DNA of 63,825 nt, the filler included, from Octopus bimaculoides (lineage: Eukaryota), in assembly GCF_001194135.2 (NCBI RefSeq). It is 7 parts of 5 records of this genome, joined end to end, with 100 filler letters (N's around TTAATTAATTAA, not from the genome) between each part and the next. Parts side by side here need not be neighbours in the genome. Positions count along the whole stretch, not along the records: positions 52,544 to 60,753 come from NC_069006.1; positions 60,854 to 62,603 come from NW_026404094.1; positions 62,704 to 63,825 come from NC_068996.1; 4 more parts are not named here. One strand, given 5' to 3'. The translations under genes and the position numbers were made by a program. This document shows, one piece after another, positions 53,327 to 63,798 of the stretch. Positions within the stretch are counted from its first letter, which is position 1. Every line of letters starts with the position of its first letter. A model generated the notes under the pieces. That model was not told where the DNA came from. It saw nothing but the letters and a program-made list of their open reading frames with translations, and searched no databases.

Positions 53327-53480
53327 CAACTCATAAATGTAGAAAACGAAAAAAATAATCCTGAAAAATAAAGAACAAAACAAAAATTAAAAGGAATTTT
53401 CGACTTTAACTTTCATTTGCAACTACGTTTTCAAAAAGAAAGCAGTATGAGGAGGAAATACCTGAAACATTTTTCGGGAA

Positions 53481-53729
53481 ATGTTCGTTTCAGTGCTACA
53501 TTGCCAAAATGAAATAATTTACTTGAACGGAAATTGCCGAGCAAAGACTATAAAAGAGTACTTGCGACGAAAATGTCCACTCATAATATCAAAAGTGGTC
53601 GATCTTATCGACACCGTGGGTAAACTTCTTCACCTCAGTTGGATATCGGACATTACAAACGCCAAGATGCTTTTCCAGGATCAGACTCTGTACATACTCG
53701 TTATATTGAAGACAAGGCCAGATTTAAAA
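53481..53729 (+). CDS. CXorf65/C22orf15-like protein (Il2rg/PF15874-type domain), exon 1
   Basis: Open 83 codons MFVSVLHCQNEIIYLNGNCRAKTIKEYLRRKCPLIISKVVDLIDTVGKLLHLSWISDITNAKMLFQDQTLYILVILKTRPDLK end exactly at donor aaa|gtgagt (53730, phase 0). Pattern MF...H..N.....N.NC......Y+R.K..L....+DL....GK resembles the CXorf65/C22orf15 N-terminus (recognised by eye). Confidence 0.7.
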
Positions 53730-53774
53730 GTGAGTGTAATCGATGTTGGGGTTTGGTCGTTGTCTTTCTTTATT

Positions 53775-54140
53775 TGGCTTTTGGAAGGGCTTTAGTCAAG
53801 GGTTTTAGGAAGAACATTAGGCAGGGCTTCAGGAAGGGATTTGGGCAAGGATTTTACGAAAGTCTTTAGGCAGGGTTTTTGGAAAGGCTTTAGGCAAGGG
53901 CCATAAGTATGGACCTTAGGCACGGGATTTTGAGAGGTCATTAGATAGGACTTTATGAAGGGCCTTAGGGAGGTCTGTAGGCAGCGCTTTAGGAAGGGCC
54001 GTAGCAATGGCTTTAGGGAGGTCTTTAGGCAGGGCTTTAGGAAGAAATTTAAGCAAGGGCCATAGGTAAGGGTTTTAGGACGGTGTTTAGGTAGGGCTTT
54101 AGGAAGGGTGTTAAGCAATAGCTTTAGAAAGGTCTTCTGG
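53775..54140. repeat. Degenerate 12-bp-unit minisatellite (AGGGCTTTAGG[C/A])
   Basis: Repeated gggctttaggca / gggctttaggaa; reads as ALPK-type tetrapeptides on the minus strand, with frame shifts. Confidence 0.8.
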
Positions 54141-54339
54141 CATGAACCTCACAATGCCCTATCTTCCATGCTCAGATGGAATTTGTTGAGGCAAATTTTC
54201 CACGACCAGATACCCTTTCTGTCACCAACCCTCATCTGTATCCAAACTTGGTAACATTTTCCCATGGCCAGATCTGGGATCGTAAGTATTCAAGCACTAC
54301 AGGCTTTTTCTCTTTTTGGTTTATTTTGGAACGGAGAAG

Positions 54340-54700
54340 GTTTGTAGCCTAGTTGTTAAGGTCTTGTACTCATGTTTGCAAGATTATGGTTTCAGTTCCT
54401 GTTCTTGAGCAAAGCACTTCATTTCATGTTGCTCTAGTCCACTCAGCTAATGGTTAGGATGTTGCACTCATGACTTCTAGATTGTGGTTTCAATTCCTGG
54501 ACTCAGCGACGCATTGGGTTCTTGAGCAAAACACTTCATTTCATGTTACTCCAGTTCACTCAGCTGTAAGCGAGTTAACCCACGATAGACTGGCGTACTG
54601 TCCAGGAAGAGTGTTGTGATCTCAGATCACTGATACACCATAGAAACCGGGTCACCAACCAGCCCTATTAGCCCTAGGACCTGAGGTAGTAATATCTAGC
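54340..54700 (+). mobile_element. SINE family C, tandem partial copies (another copy at ~1445-1600)
   Basis: tagtggttagg.tgttgcactca..gtggtttc.attcctgg..ttcttgagcaaaacacttcatttcatgtt.ctccagtccactcagct repeated; tRNA-like head. Confidence 0.7.
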
Positions 54701-55491
54701 GGGATTTAGAAAAAGAGGTTGTACTTATGGCCTTTCCCATGCCACTCTGAGACAGGTTAGATCAATACCAAAGTGGTTAACCATTGTCGTTTGTCTCGAA
54801 CAGTTATAAAGTAACTCCTGCAGGACACATCTGAGCAGAGAGGAAGCATTCCAGGGGGGGGGGCTAGAAAAGAAGGGCTGGGCATGTTGGTTTGCGTGGG
54901 ACCTGGAGATGAGAGTAGAAATAATACAGGAGCTGAAATGAGGAGAGACAAGAGTATCAATAGTGCTTGAATGGAGGACGTGGGACCTGCAATCTCTAAG
55001 GAATGGACATGATTGTAATAAGAGTAAAGGTAGAGAGAGGAGACACCATGTCAGAGGGCTGGAATTTGAAATGTGTTATCCCAATCACTTAGTGCCCCTT
55101 TATTATGCACTCCGGGTTGTAGTATACAGCCTTTTCAAAAAGGGTTAAAACATAAGCGAGCAAAGTATTCTCAGGTACGTGACTTGCTGGAGAAGTTTAA
55201 CTAATTATGTTAATTTATTAATTTATGCTGGTAACGCTGATGTTGTTGTGAAAATGTTTTCAGTCATCACCTAATTTGGTGTCAACAATGAACTGATTTT
55301 GTTACAGTAGAATATCCTCAGAGCTGATTCACTGTAGTATGGCATGGGTGGTAAGAAGCTTGCTTTCCAACTTCATGGTTTCAGGTTCAGTCCCACTGTA
55401 TAGCACCTTGGGCAAGTGTCTTCTACTATAGCCTCGGCTCGACCAAAGCCTTCTGAGTGGATTTCGTAGATGGAAACTGAAAGAAACTTGT

Positions 55492-55523
<32 letters not shown>

Positions 55524-56740
55524 TATTTACATATGGTGGAGGTGGTGGTGGTAAGGGTGAGACGCTAATGGTGATGATGATGATGGTCATGATGATGATG
55601 ATAACGACAATAATGATTATAGTGATGGTGGTGGTGATGGTAATTTCGTATACTTTAATTATATCTTCATCATCTTCATCATCTTCATGACAAAAAAAGA
55701 GAACATGTGAGCTGCACTTAACAGAGATGTTTATAACAGTCCAGATTGCTAAACCTTTTACTTAAATTGAAGGCAATGGTCGTTTACGAATTGACACTGA
55801 AAGCGATGTCAAATGACGAAAACATTTTGCAACAATCACACACACATTTCTAGCGACTTACGGAAAGTTTATCCTGGCATATGAAAGGAACCTTGAACGG
55901 CTTTCTGGACATGCCGTCTTGTCTCCCAACAATGACATTACGAAGAACATTAGTGACGCCTTCACTTGACCTGTATCATTTAACGTGTACCAGACACGCC
56001 ATTTCATACAGCCAACTATCCCACGGAGTGTTGATAACATCAATTCAGTTTTTTAAATCTTAAATAGTTCCTTCTATTATTTTTTCAATAAATATGGCAC
56101 TCTAGACCTCGTTTTACACACACACATACATACATACATACATACATACATACATTCATACATACATTATATATATATATATATANNNNNNNNNNNNNNN
56201 NNNNNNNNNNNNNNNNNNNNNNNNNNNNNNNNNNNNNNNNNNNNNNNNNNNNNNNNNNNNNNNNNNNNNNNNNNNNNNNNNNNNNNNNNNNNNNNNNNNN
56301 NNNNNNNNNNNNNNNNNNNNNNNNNNNNNNNNNNNNNNNNNNNNNNNNNNNNNNNNNNNNNNNNNNNNNNNNNNNNNNNNNNNNNNNNNNNNNNNNNNNN
56401 NNNNNNNNNNNNNNNNNNNNNNNNNNNNNNNNNNNNNNNNNNNNNNNNNNNNNNNNNNNNNNNNNNNNNNNNNNNNNNNNNNNNNNNNNNNNNNNNNNNN
56501 NNNNNNNNNNNNNNNNNNNNNNNNNNNNNNNNNNNNNNNNNNNNNNNNNNNNNNNNNNNNNNNNNNNNNNNNNNNNNNNNNNNNNNNNNNNNNNNNNNNN
56601 NNNNNNNNNNNNNNNNNNNNNNNNNNNNNNNNNNNNNNNNNNNNNNNNNNNNNNNNNNNNNNNNNNNNNNNNNNNNNNNNNNNNNNNNNNNNNNNNNNNN
56701 NNNNNNNNNNNNNNNNNNNNNNNNNNNNNNNNNNNNNNNN

Positions 56741-57561
56741 NAAATTTTAGAATCTATTTTTTTTTTCTAGTTAGTTTGTGTTTATTTTCAGATCATTAAA
56801 ATGGAATGTCAAGTTAAGAAAAACGAGCATTTTCGACACCTCCTTCTTTTTGCTTTTAATCAAGGTTCTAAGGCCGCAAAAGCTGCTCGCGACATTTGTG
56901 CTGTGTATGGAGAGGGTGCCATAGCTGAAAGAACTGCTCGTGATTGGTATGCCAAGTTCAAAAATGGAAATTTTGACCTCAGAGACTCACCTCGTTCTGG
57001 CCGTCCAGTTGAGTTCGATGAAGAGCGATTAAACCAACTTTTGCACGAAAATTCTCATCAAACGACAAGAAAATGGAATGCTCCCACACTGCTATAGAGA
57101 AGCATCTGAACTCGATGGGAAAGGTTCAGATGTGTGGAGCATGGGTTCCGCATGCTTTAAGGGACAAGAACAAAAATCAACGAGCCACAATCTCCGCTGG
57201 TTTGCTTGCTCGTCACCGCTTAACTCATGGACACAAGCAACGATTTCTTTACCGAATCGTTACTGGCGACGAAAAATGGTGCTTGTACATCAATATGAAG
57301 CAGCGTAAGGAATGGCTTAGCCCCGGTAAACAAGCGACACCGCGCATGAAACAAGATCTTCATCCGCGTAAAACGATGTTGTGCATATGGTGGGACTGGG
57401 AAGGGATTATCCATTACGAATTGCTTGAACGGAACCAAACGGTCAACGTGAAGCTCTATATTCAACAGATGGAACGACTCAACACGGCTATTCAGGAGAA
57501 AAGACCTAATCGGCAGCATGGAGTTCTGCTGCTGCACGACAACTCCCGCTCTCATATCGCC
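56741..57561 (+). mobile_element. Mariner transposase gene, frameshifted and 3'-truncated
   Basis: ORF 56801-57097 (HTH, RSGRP) and 57073-57615 (WVPHAL, IVTGDEKW, LLLHDN). Small deletion at ~57070; homology stops before the YSPDL / third-Asp motif. Confidence 0.93.
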
Positions 57562-58068
57562 TTTGCCTGTCCAGAGCATTTTCCTAAGTCCTTCCATTCT
57601 TATCTTCAGACTTAGTTAGCCCTTTTTTCATACGTTCTGAGAAATATAAAGCTTTCCTTCTATAAGTCCAAAGTTACACTGGTTTCTGAAGATAAAGACT
57701 GGAAGCGTATATCGTATATGACGCATGGACATCCAGGGAAATATGTCCAGTGTATCAAGTGTGATGCACAGGACAGGCAAATGATTAAACCATTTCTGAA
57801 GGAACAGATAATCTTATTTAGCAGCTATTACCTCTTTAATTGAAACGGAACCGTAATCCGCTACAATTTGAGCTATTATCAAAGAAAATTGCTTGGGTAA
57901 AGAAAAAAATGTTCTCAAAAATGGGGAACCAACGCATGGAAACAATTTCTAAGCCTTATAACTTTTTATTTATTAATTTACTAGCTTCAAAGCCGTATTC
58001 CATGCGGACTCTTTCGTCTAGGTCCTGTGGAGGGCTGTTCTGTAATTTTAATTATTATTTCTTTTCAG

Positions 58069-58242
58069 GATGCCTTCCATATAGTTCCTGTATTGGACAA
58101 TTGGCAAACTCTATACCCAGAATTAGTGAAAAGCATTAAAGCCCCCATTATGATTGGACCTCAACGAGAAATCCTGAAAAGCAAGTTACAGGGAAAGAAA
58201 GCTAAACATGCAGCAGCACGTAGAGACAAGCTGCTTTTTTGA
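58069..58242 (+). CDS. CXorf65/C22orf15-like protein, terminal exon 2
   Basis: Strong acceptor attattatttcttttcag|g, phase 0. DAFHIVPVLDNWQTLYPELVKSIKAPIMIGPQREILKSKLQGKKAKHAAARRDKLLF* (VPVL.N..YPEL plus basic tail, as in this family). AATAAA follows. Confidence 0.7.
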   Translation, partial: DAFHIVPVLDNWQTLYPELVKSIKAPIMIGPQREILKSKLQGKKAKHAAARRDKLLF

Positions 58243-58277
58243 AGTACATACGGCCATTTTGTTTTTAAACGATCATC

Positions 58278-58283
58278 AATAAA
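58278..58283 (+). terminator. Polyadenylation signal of the nested gene
   Basis: AATAAA 35 nt after the TGA stop at 58240-58242. Confidence 0.5.
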
Positions 58284-58639
58284 AGACTATATTAAATGTG
58301 AAAAATAGATGGCCTGTTGTTAGAAGACGATTTGTCCATTCACAATATACACTGTATACACACTCACTCCGTCTCTCTTTCTTTCCCTCTCTCTTATTCT
58401 TCAGTCCTTTCATTATGTCTGTCTCTATCTCTGTCTCTGTCTCTNNNNNNNNNNNNNNNNNNNNNNNNNNNNNNNNNNNNNNNNNNNNNNNNNNNNNNNN
58501 NNNNNNNNNNNNNNNNNNNNNNNNNNNNNNNNNNNNNNNNNNNNGTGATCATCTTTCTTTTTTTTTTCCAGAACTGTCCTAAGGACTGGACATATCCTAT
58601 CTCTCTCCTCTATCTTTTCTCTTGTCAAAGAAAACATTT

Positions 58640-59385
58640 CTCCAGCGTTCGCTATTTTACCTTCGTTCTGGTCTAACGACCGTCCATACAAGCGAGAGGC
58701 TTACCAGAAAGTTAAAGGAAGGCATAATATGTCATATCCGACAAGTAAATAGTAGAACGGATAGGCCTGTCACTGTAATGTCATATGTCAGCAAAGTCAT
58801 GAAATACATTGCATGGTGGAAGCTGATCACGTTTCTTAAGATAATGAGCTTGCTCTCCGACACCCAGCAGGAAGAAGCTGCCTTACCCAGCTTCTGAAGC
58901 ATTATAAATGGGTGTTGAAACAATTAATGAAGCGTTCAAACCTGGATGCGATATATATATCTATCTTGCCTTTCATAAGGTCGATCATGGGATGATATGT
59001 CACAAGCCACGAAGACTCGGCATAGTCAAAAAAACTGCTCAGAAGATCCCACCCATCCTATCTAATGTTGGGTCCATGTACTGAAATAGCTTGAGATTCA
59101 AAAGCCCGCAGCTATTTAGTATCAAGCCAAAAGCATCTGAGAGGTTTACATGGAGTAGTGCTAGATATTTTCAAGAGATAAATTGACCTCCTACTGTCCA
59201 AGGTCCCAGATAAACCTATATCGAGGCAAGAAGCTCAAAAGATGGGGAGCAGTCTTGAACTCCCTCCTTCACCAAAACCCAATCACAAAACAACGGCCAT
59301 TAGAAAGTTGATATAACACTGGCGGTGGTGCCCCAGCTTGGCCACAGCCTTTGGGCTGAAACACATAAAAGAATAAAAGAATATA
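58640..59385 (+). mobile_element. CR1-clade LINE fragment with internal deletion and (AAAAGAAT)n tail
   Basis: KLKEGIIC..RPVTVMSYVSKVM..; RSCLTQLLKHY.WVLKQL..LDAIY..AFHKVDHGMICHK; 3' end aaaagaataaaagaata. Confidence 0.8.
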
Positions 59386-60169
59386 TGNNNNNNNNNNNNN
59401 NNNNNNNNNNNNNNNNNNNNNNNNNNNNNNNNNNNNNNNNNNNNNNNNNNNNNNNNNNNNNNNNNNNNNNNNNNNNNNNNNNNNNNNNNNNNNNNNNNNN
59501 NNNNNNNNNNNNNNNNNNNNNNNNNNNNNNNNNNNNNNNNNNNNNNNNNNNNNNNNNNNNNNNNNNNNNNNNNNNNNNNNNNNNNNNNNNNNNNNNNNNN
59601 NNNNNNNNNNNNNNNNNNNNNNNNNNNNNNNNNNNNNNNNNNNNNNNNNNNNNNNNNNNNNNNNNNNNNNNNNNNNNNNNNNNNNNNNNNNNNNNNNNNN
59701 NNNNNNNNNNNNNNNNNNNNNNNNNNNNNNNNNNNNNNNNNNNNNNNNNNNNNNNNNNNNNNNNNNNNNNNNNNNNNNNNNNNNNNNNNNNNNNNNNNNN
59801 NNNNNNNNNNNNNNNNNNNNNNNNNNNNNNNNNNNNNNNNNNNNNNNNNNNNNNNNNNNNNNNNNNNNNNNNNNNNNNNNNNNNNNNNNNNNNNNNNNNN
59901 NNNNNNNNNNNNNNNNNNNNNNNNNNNNNNNNNNNNNNNNNNNNNNNNNNNNNNNNNNNNNNNNNNNNNNNNNNNNNNNNNNNNNNNNNNNNNNNNNNNN
60001 NNNNNNNNNNNNNNNNNNNNNNNNNNNNNNNNNNNNNNNNNNNNNNNNNNNNNNNNNNNNNTATATATATCATATATATATGATGCATTTATATATAAAT
60101 ATATATCTATCTATCATATATATAATACATACATATTTGTGTGTGTGTGTGTGTATTTCTCTATATGTA

Positions 60170-60360
60170 GATGATGAAATCTGGAAAGTTTTACAGATTT
60201 TTACAGTTCCAGTGATGGCTTGGATCTGTTGTCTTCGAATCAGCTTTCTCCTTTCTGGTTTTGAGAAGCCTAATTTCTCAAGATTGGTACTAAGGCTGTG
60301 TGTTACTTATTCCAGTACCGCAATAATTACAGGTATAAACCTGAACTTGTAATCTGGAGA
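60170..60360 (-). mobile_element. RLE-type (R4/Dong-like) LINE C-terminal fragment
   Basis: PDYKFRFIPVII..TNLEKLGFSK..LIRRQQIQAITGTVKICKTF. Confidence 0.5.
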
Positions 60361-61139
60361 GAATAGAATAGAATAACTGCAGATTTCTCAATAGTTTAGC
60401 GTATGTATGCATGTATGTATGTATGTATGGATGGATGGATGTATGGATGGATGTGTGTGTGTGTGTGTATGTGTGTATGTGTGTGTGTGCCCGCACGCAC
60501 GTGTGTGTGTACGAGCGTATACGTGTGATGAAAGAGCCTTTCCGTGTGCTAGAAATCTCAGCCAAAAAGTCTGTCAGACCACATTCTATCGACTTAAATT
60601 AAATTTCTAGGCCTTGAACACCTGAGATTCCGAATCTGAATAAGTAAAATAAACAAATAATTAAATAAATAGATAAAAATCCTTAAAAGTAAAATCAAAA
60701 TAAAAAAATAAAACCAAAATATTTTTTTCCAAATATTTTCTTTTATGAAATCANNNNNNNNNNNNNNNNNNNNNNNNNNNNNNNNNNNNNNNNNNNNTTA
60801 ATTAATTAANNNNNNNNNNNNNNNNNNNNNNNNNNNNNNNNNNNNNNNNNNNNAAAAATGTGCTTGTAAGATGGTGTACAAGTGGTAGAAGGGAAACTCT
60901 AGATGAAGAAGGGTAGAAAAATAAAATGAAAGCAGATATAGAAAGGAGGGAGAGAAGAACAGGAAGTAGAAAACAAAAAGCAGAAAGACAAATGGAATAG
61001 AGAGGGTAGGTAACACCCTATTTTGGGTCCACCAAAATAGACTTGTTTTATCTTAGCTGCCATCCATTTTTTATATACTGGACTTCATTTTACCCCAGTG
61101 TCACTTTGATGGTATGCACTGCACTCTCACTCAGTTAGA

Positions 61140-61332
61140 CACAAGGCTGGAAATTTTGTGGGAGGAGACCAGTCGATTATATTGACCCTAATGCGTAACT
61201 GGTAGTTAATTAATGAAAGGCACAAAGTCAACCCCACCGGCATTTGAACTCAGAACGTGAAGACGGCCAAAATACCACTAAGCATTTCACCTGCCACCGG
61301 CGTGCTAACAATTCTACCAACTTGCTGCCTCA
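61140..61332 (-). mobile_element. Family-A SINE
   Basis: cacaaggctggaaatttt...gcgtaactggtagttaatt..catttgaactcagaacgt..gcgtgctaacaattctaccaacttgctgcct. Confidence 0.75.
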
Positions 61333-62349
61333 ATAATAATAATAAAAAATTCAAACAAACAAATAAAAAAAAAAAAGCTTCGGTGAATGATTTAATTGCA
61401 GAGAACAAGTTGAAGGTCAGAGTTCACCTGTTGTCATCATCTCTGTTTACTTTTTGACCTTTCATTTTGCAACAAAAGAGAGAGTGAGACAGCATTATTA
61501 TTATTATTATTATTACTGGGACAAGAGTCCCATTGAGATTCAGCAGAATGCCAGACAAACTGCCAGGTCAAATCCTGATGCCAATATAATTGGCTATACA
61601 CCTTCCTTCCAAATGTGTGGGTCTTGTGGCTAGAAATCATTCGAAACAGGCAGGAAAAAAATCATTAAGAGATTTGGAAAAAATGCTTTACAGTATTTCC
61701 CCCCCCCCCCCNNNNNNNNNNNNCACAGCTGTCTCTCCAATATAGGGTGTTAAATAGGATCCAAGCCTGGACAGCTTGGTGAAGGGGACAGGTTGCTGTT
61801 CATGCAGAGTGTCTCCCTCTTTATGTCACTGATAGATCCAAAGGAACAACATGGCCATTACAATTTGGTTTCAGCATCTTCACAGAAGTTGCCAGATCAA
61901 AGTTGTGGACAAGATCAAACTGCCTCAGGAGCCCCAACACTTGATTTTCCACAGGGAGGTTCTAGCCATGAGTTGATTAGCAAGTCAGCTGAGCAAATGG
62001 AGCTCACCTGCTCGGAAAATCCTAATTCCAAACTTTGACTGCCTTGTGGCTCTTATCCAGCTACGAGAAAAGGTTCTTGGAGCCAAAATAATGTTTGTGT
62101 TGTCTTTCCCTATTACAGTTTAGTTCCAAAACACATGATCAAAGGCTTTCCAGCCTTGACCATCTGGTCCTTTTATTTTTCCAAGCATGGTGTACGCCAC
62201 ACTACATTATACATATAATGAAAGACAAGCTTCCTTTTTGGAAAAAAATAATTTTGAAAAGTAGAGTTTGATGAGGGAAATTATTAGATTACTAACATTA
62301 GCAGATCAAGCTATCACATAGAGGTTAGAAAGAGAGAGAGAGAAAGAGA

Positions 62350-62395
<46 letters not shown>

Positions 62396-62782
62396 GTGTG
62401 TGTTGCATTTAAACAAAAATACTTTGGCGTTAGAGTGAGCAGAGTTTTGTTTTTTTACCACTGACAGAGAGAGATATAATCTGTTTTCTTAACCAATCTA
62501 GTTATTCCCAGGATATTGCTAGAGAGATTTTAGTCACATTGCATGCTCCCACCAAAGTCACCCATCTCCACCATCACCCCTACACACACACACACACACA
62601 CACNNNNNNNNNNNNNNNNNNNNNNNNNNNNNNNNNNNNNNNNNNNNTTAATTAATTAANNNNNNNNNNNNNNNNNNNNNNNNNNNNNNNNNNNNNNNNN
62701 NNNCTGTGTGAGTTAGAGGTTGAGTAACCAACTAAGGGATAGTACCTATCCAATATACTGCTAGTATTGTACCCAGTTATTC

Positions 62783-63793
62783 ATACCCAAGTGCTAGTTA
62801 TTGTGTGGCAATCTCGCAATTGAGTATTATATATGGGTGGGGATAAAAAGTGGTTTACCCTTGATTTATACGGCAAATAAGAAAGTGGAGAGGATATGAA
62901 ATCAACAGACATCAGCCAGTAATCATTCCAGTATGTCTGTTTATTCCAATATATTGGATTGATACACACACATGTATTAGTTGTACAGATTATCAAATGG
63001 AAAGAATTAGTAATTGGTAAATACAGAAACAAGGGTATGGAAGCATATAAGCATATACCCAAGTGGTAGTTATTGCATGGCAATCTTGCAATTGTGTGTT
63101 ATATGTGGGCGGGGGTAAAAAGTGGTTTACCCTTGATTTATACGGCAAATAAGGAAGTGGAGAAGATACAAAATTGACAGACATCAGCCGGTAAACATTC
63201 CAGTATGTCTATTTATTCCAATGTATTAGAATGTATTAGATGAATACATAGACATTTATTAGTAGTACAGAATATCAAATATAAAGAGTTGGTAATTGCA
63301 AGAACAAAGGTGTGGATGCATATAATCATATAGGAACAGGTGACTAATTGAGTACATGAGCAAATGAGCAGCTTGTCTTTTTAAGAAGACAAACACACTG
63401 TAGCTATTATTATCTGTTAACCCTCCCAACCACTTAGAGCCTCTGAAGGAGCCTAGAGGCACATTCACTATCCAAGTTTTACCTACTCATCCTTACATAA
63501 CACTAATGAAATGGAGACAACCTGGAAGATTTTGTTGCCTCTTGGCAGAAACGGCTGTAAGGAACTAGCAGCTACTGACAATCTGCTCATTTGCTCATAT
63601 ATTCATTTAATCACCTGTTCCTATATGATTATATGCTTCCACACCTTTGTTCTTGCAATTACCAACTCGTTAGATTTGATATACTGTATGTATTCATCTA
63701 ATACATTCTAATACATTGGAATAAATAGACATACTGGAATGTTTACTGGCTGATGTCTGTCCATTTTGTATCCTCTCCACTTTCTTATTTGCC

Positions 63794-63798
<5 letters not shown>
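62783..63798. repeat. Tandem (272-bp period) plus inverted repeat array, Penelope-pLTR-like
   Basis: 62783-63054 resembles 63055-63330; 63139-63377 is the degenerate reverse complement of 63577-63798; the spacer holds a hammerhead-like motif. Confidence 0.85.
63440..63562 (+). ncRNA. Type-I hammerhead-ribozyme-like motif (non-canonical)
   Basis: CCT|CTGAAGGA|GCC-T-AGAGGCA..74 nt..TGCCTCT-T-GGC|AGAA|ACGGCTGT|A|AGG: stem I CCT/AGG, long stem II, self-complementary stem III. Confidence 0.5.

Noticed and set aside
53570-53729. Alternative frame MSTHNIKSGRSYRHRG*TSSPQLDIGHYKRQDAF..
   Set aside because: Contains stops; the overlapping open frame from 53481 explains the region and matches a known family.
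55854-56056. Protein-looking frame TYGKFILAYERNLERLSG.. and a minus-strand ORF ending at a GTAAGT donor (55860)
   Set aside because: Weak acceptor, in-frame TGA, phase 1 does not fit the phase-0 nested-gene model, no family recognised.
58069-58242. Regular STAMBP exon 4
   Set aside because: No similarity to the AMSH coiled-coil/SBM/JAMM regions, and it ends in a stop; fits CXorf65/C22orf15.
61793-62038. 81-aa ORF as the next STAMBP exon
   Set aside because: No AMSH similarity and no suitable splice sites; looks like repeat-derived sequence.
62783-63330. CRISPR-like array
   Set aside because: Eukaryotic 272-bp tandem with no repeat-spacer structure; no cas genes.
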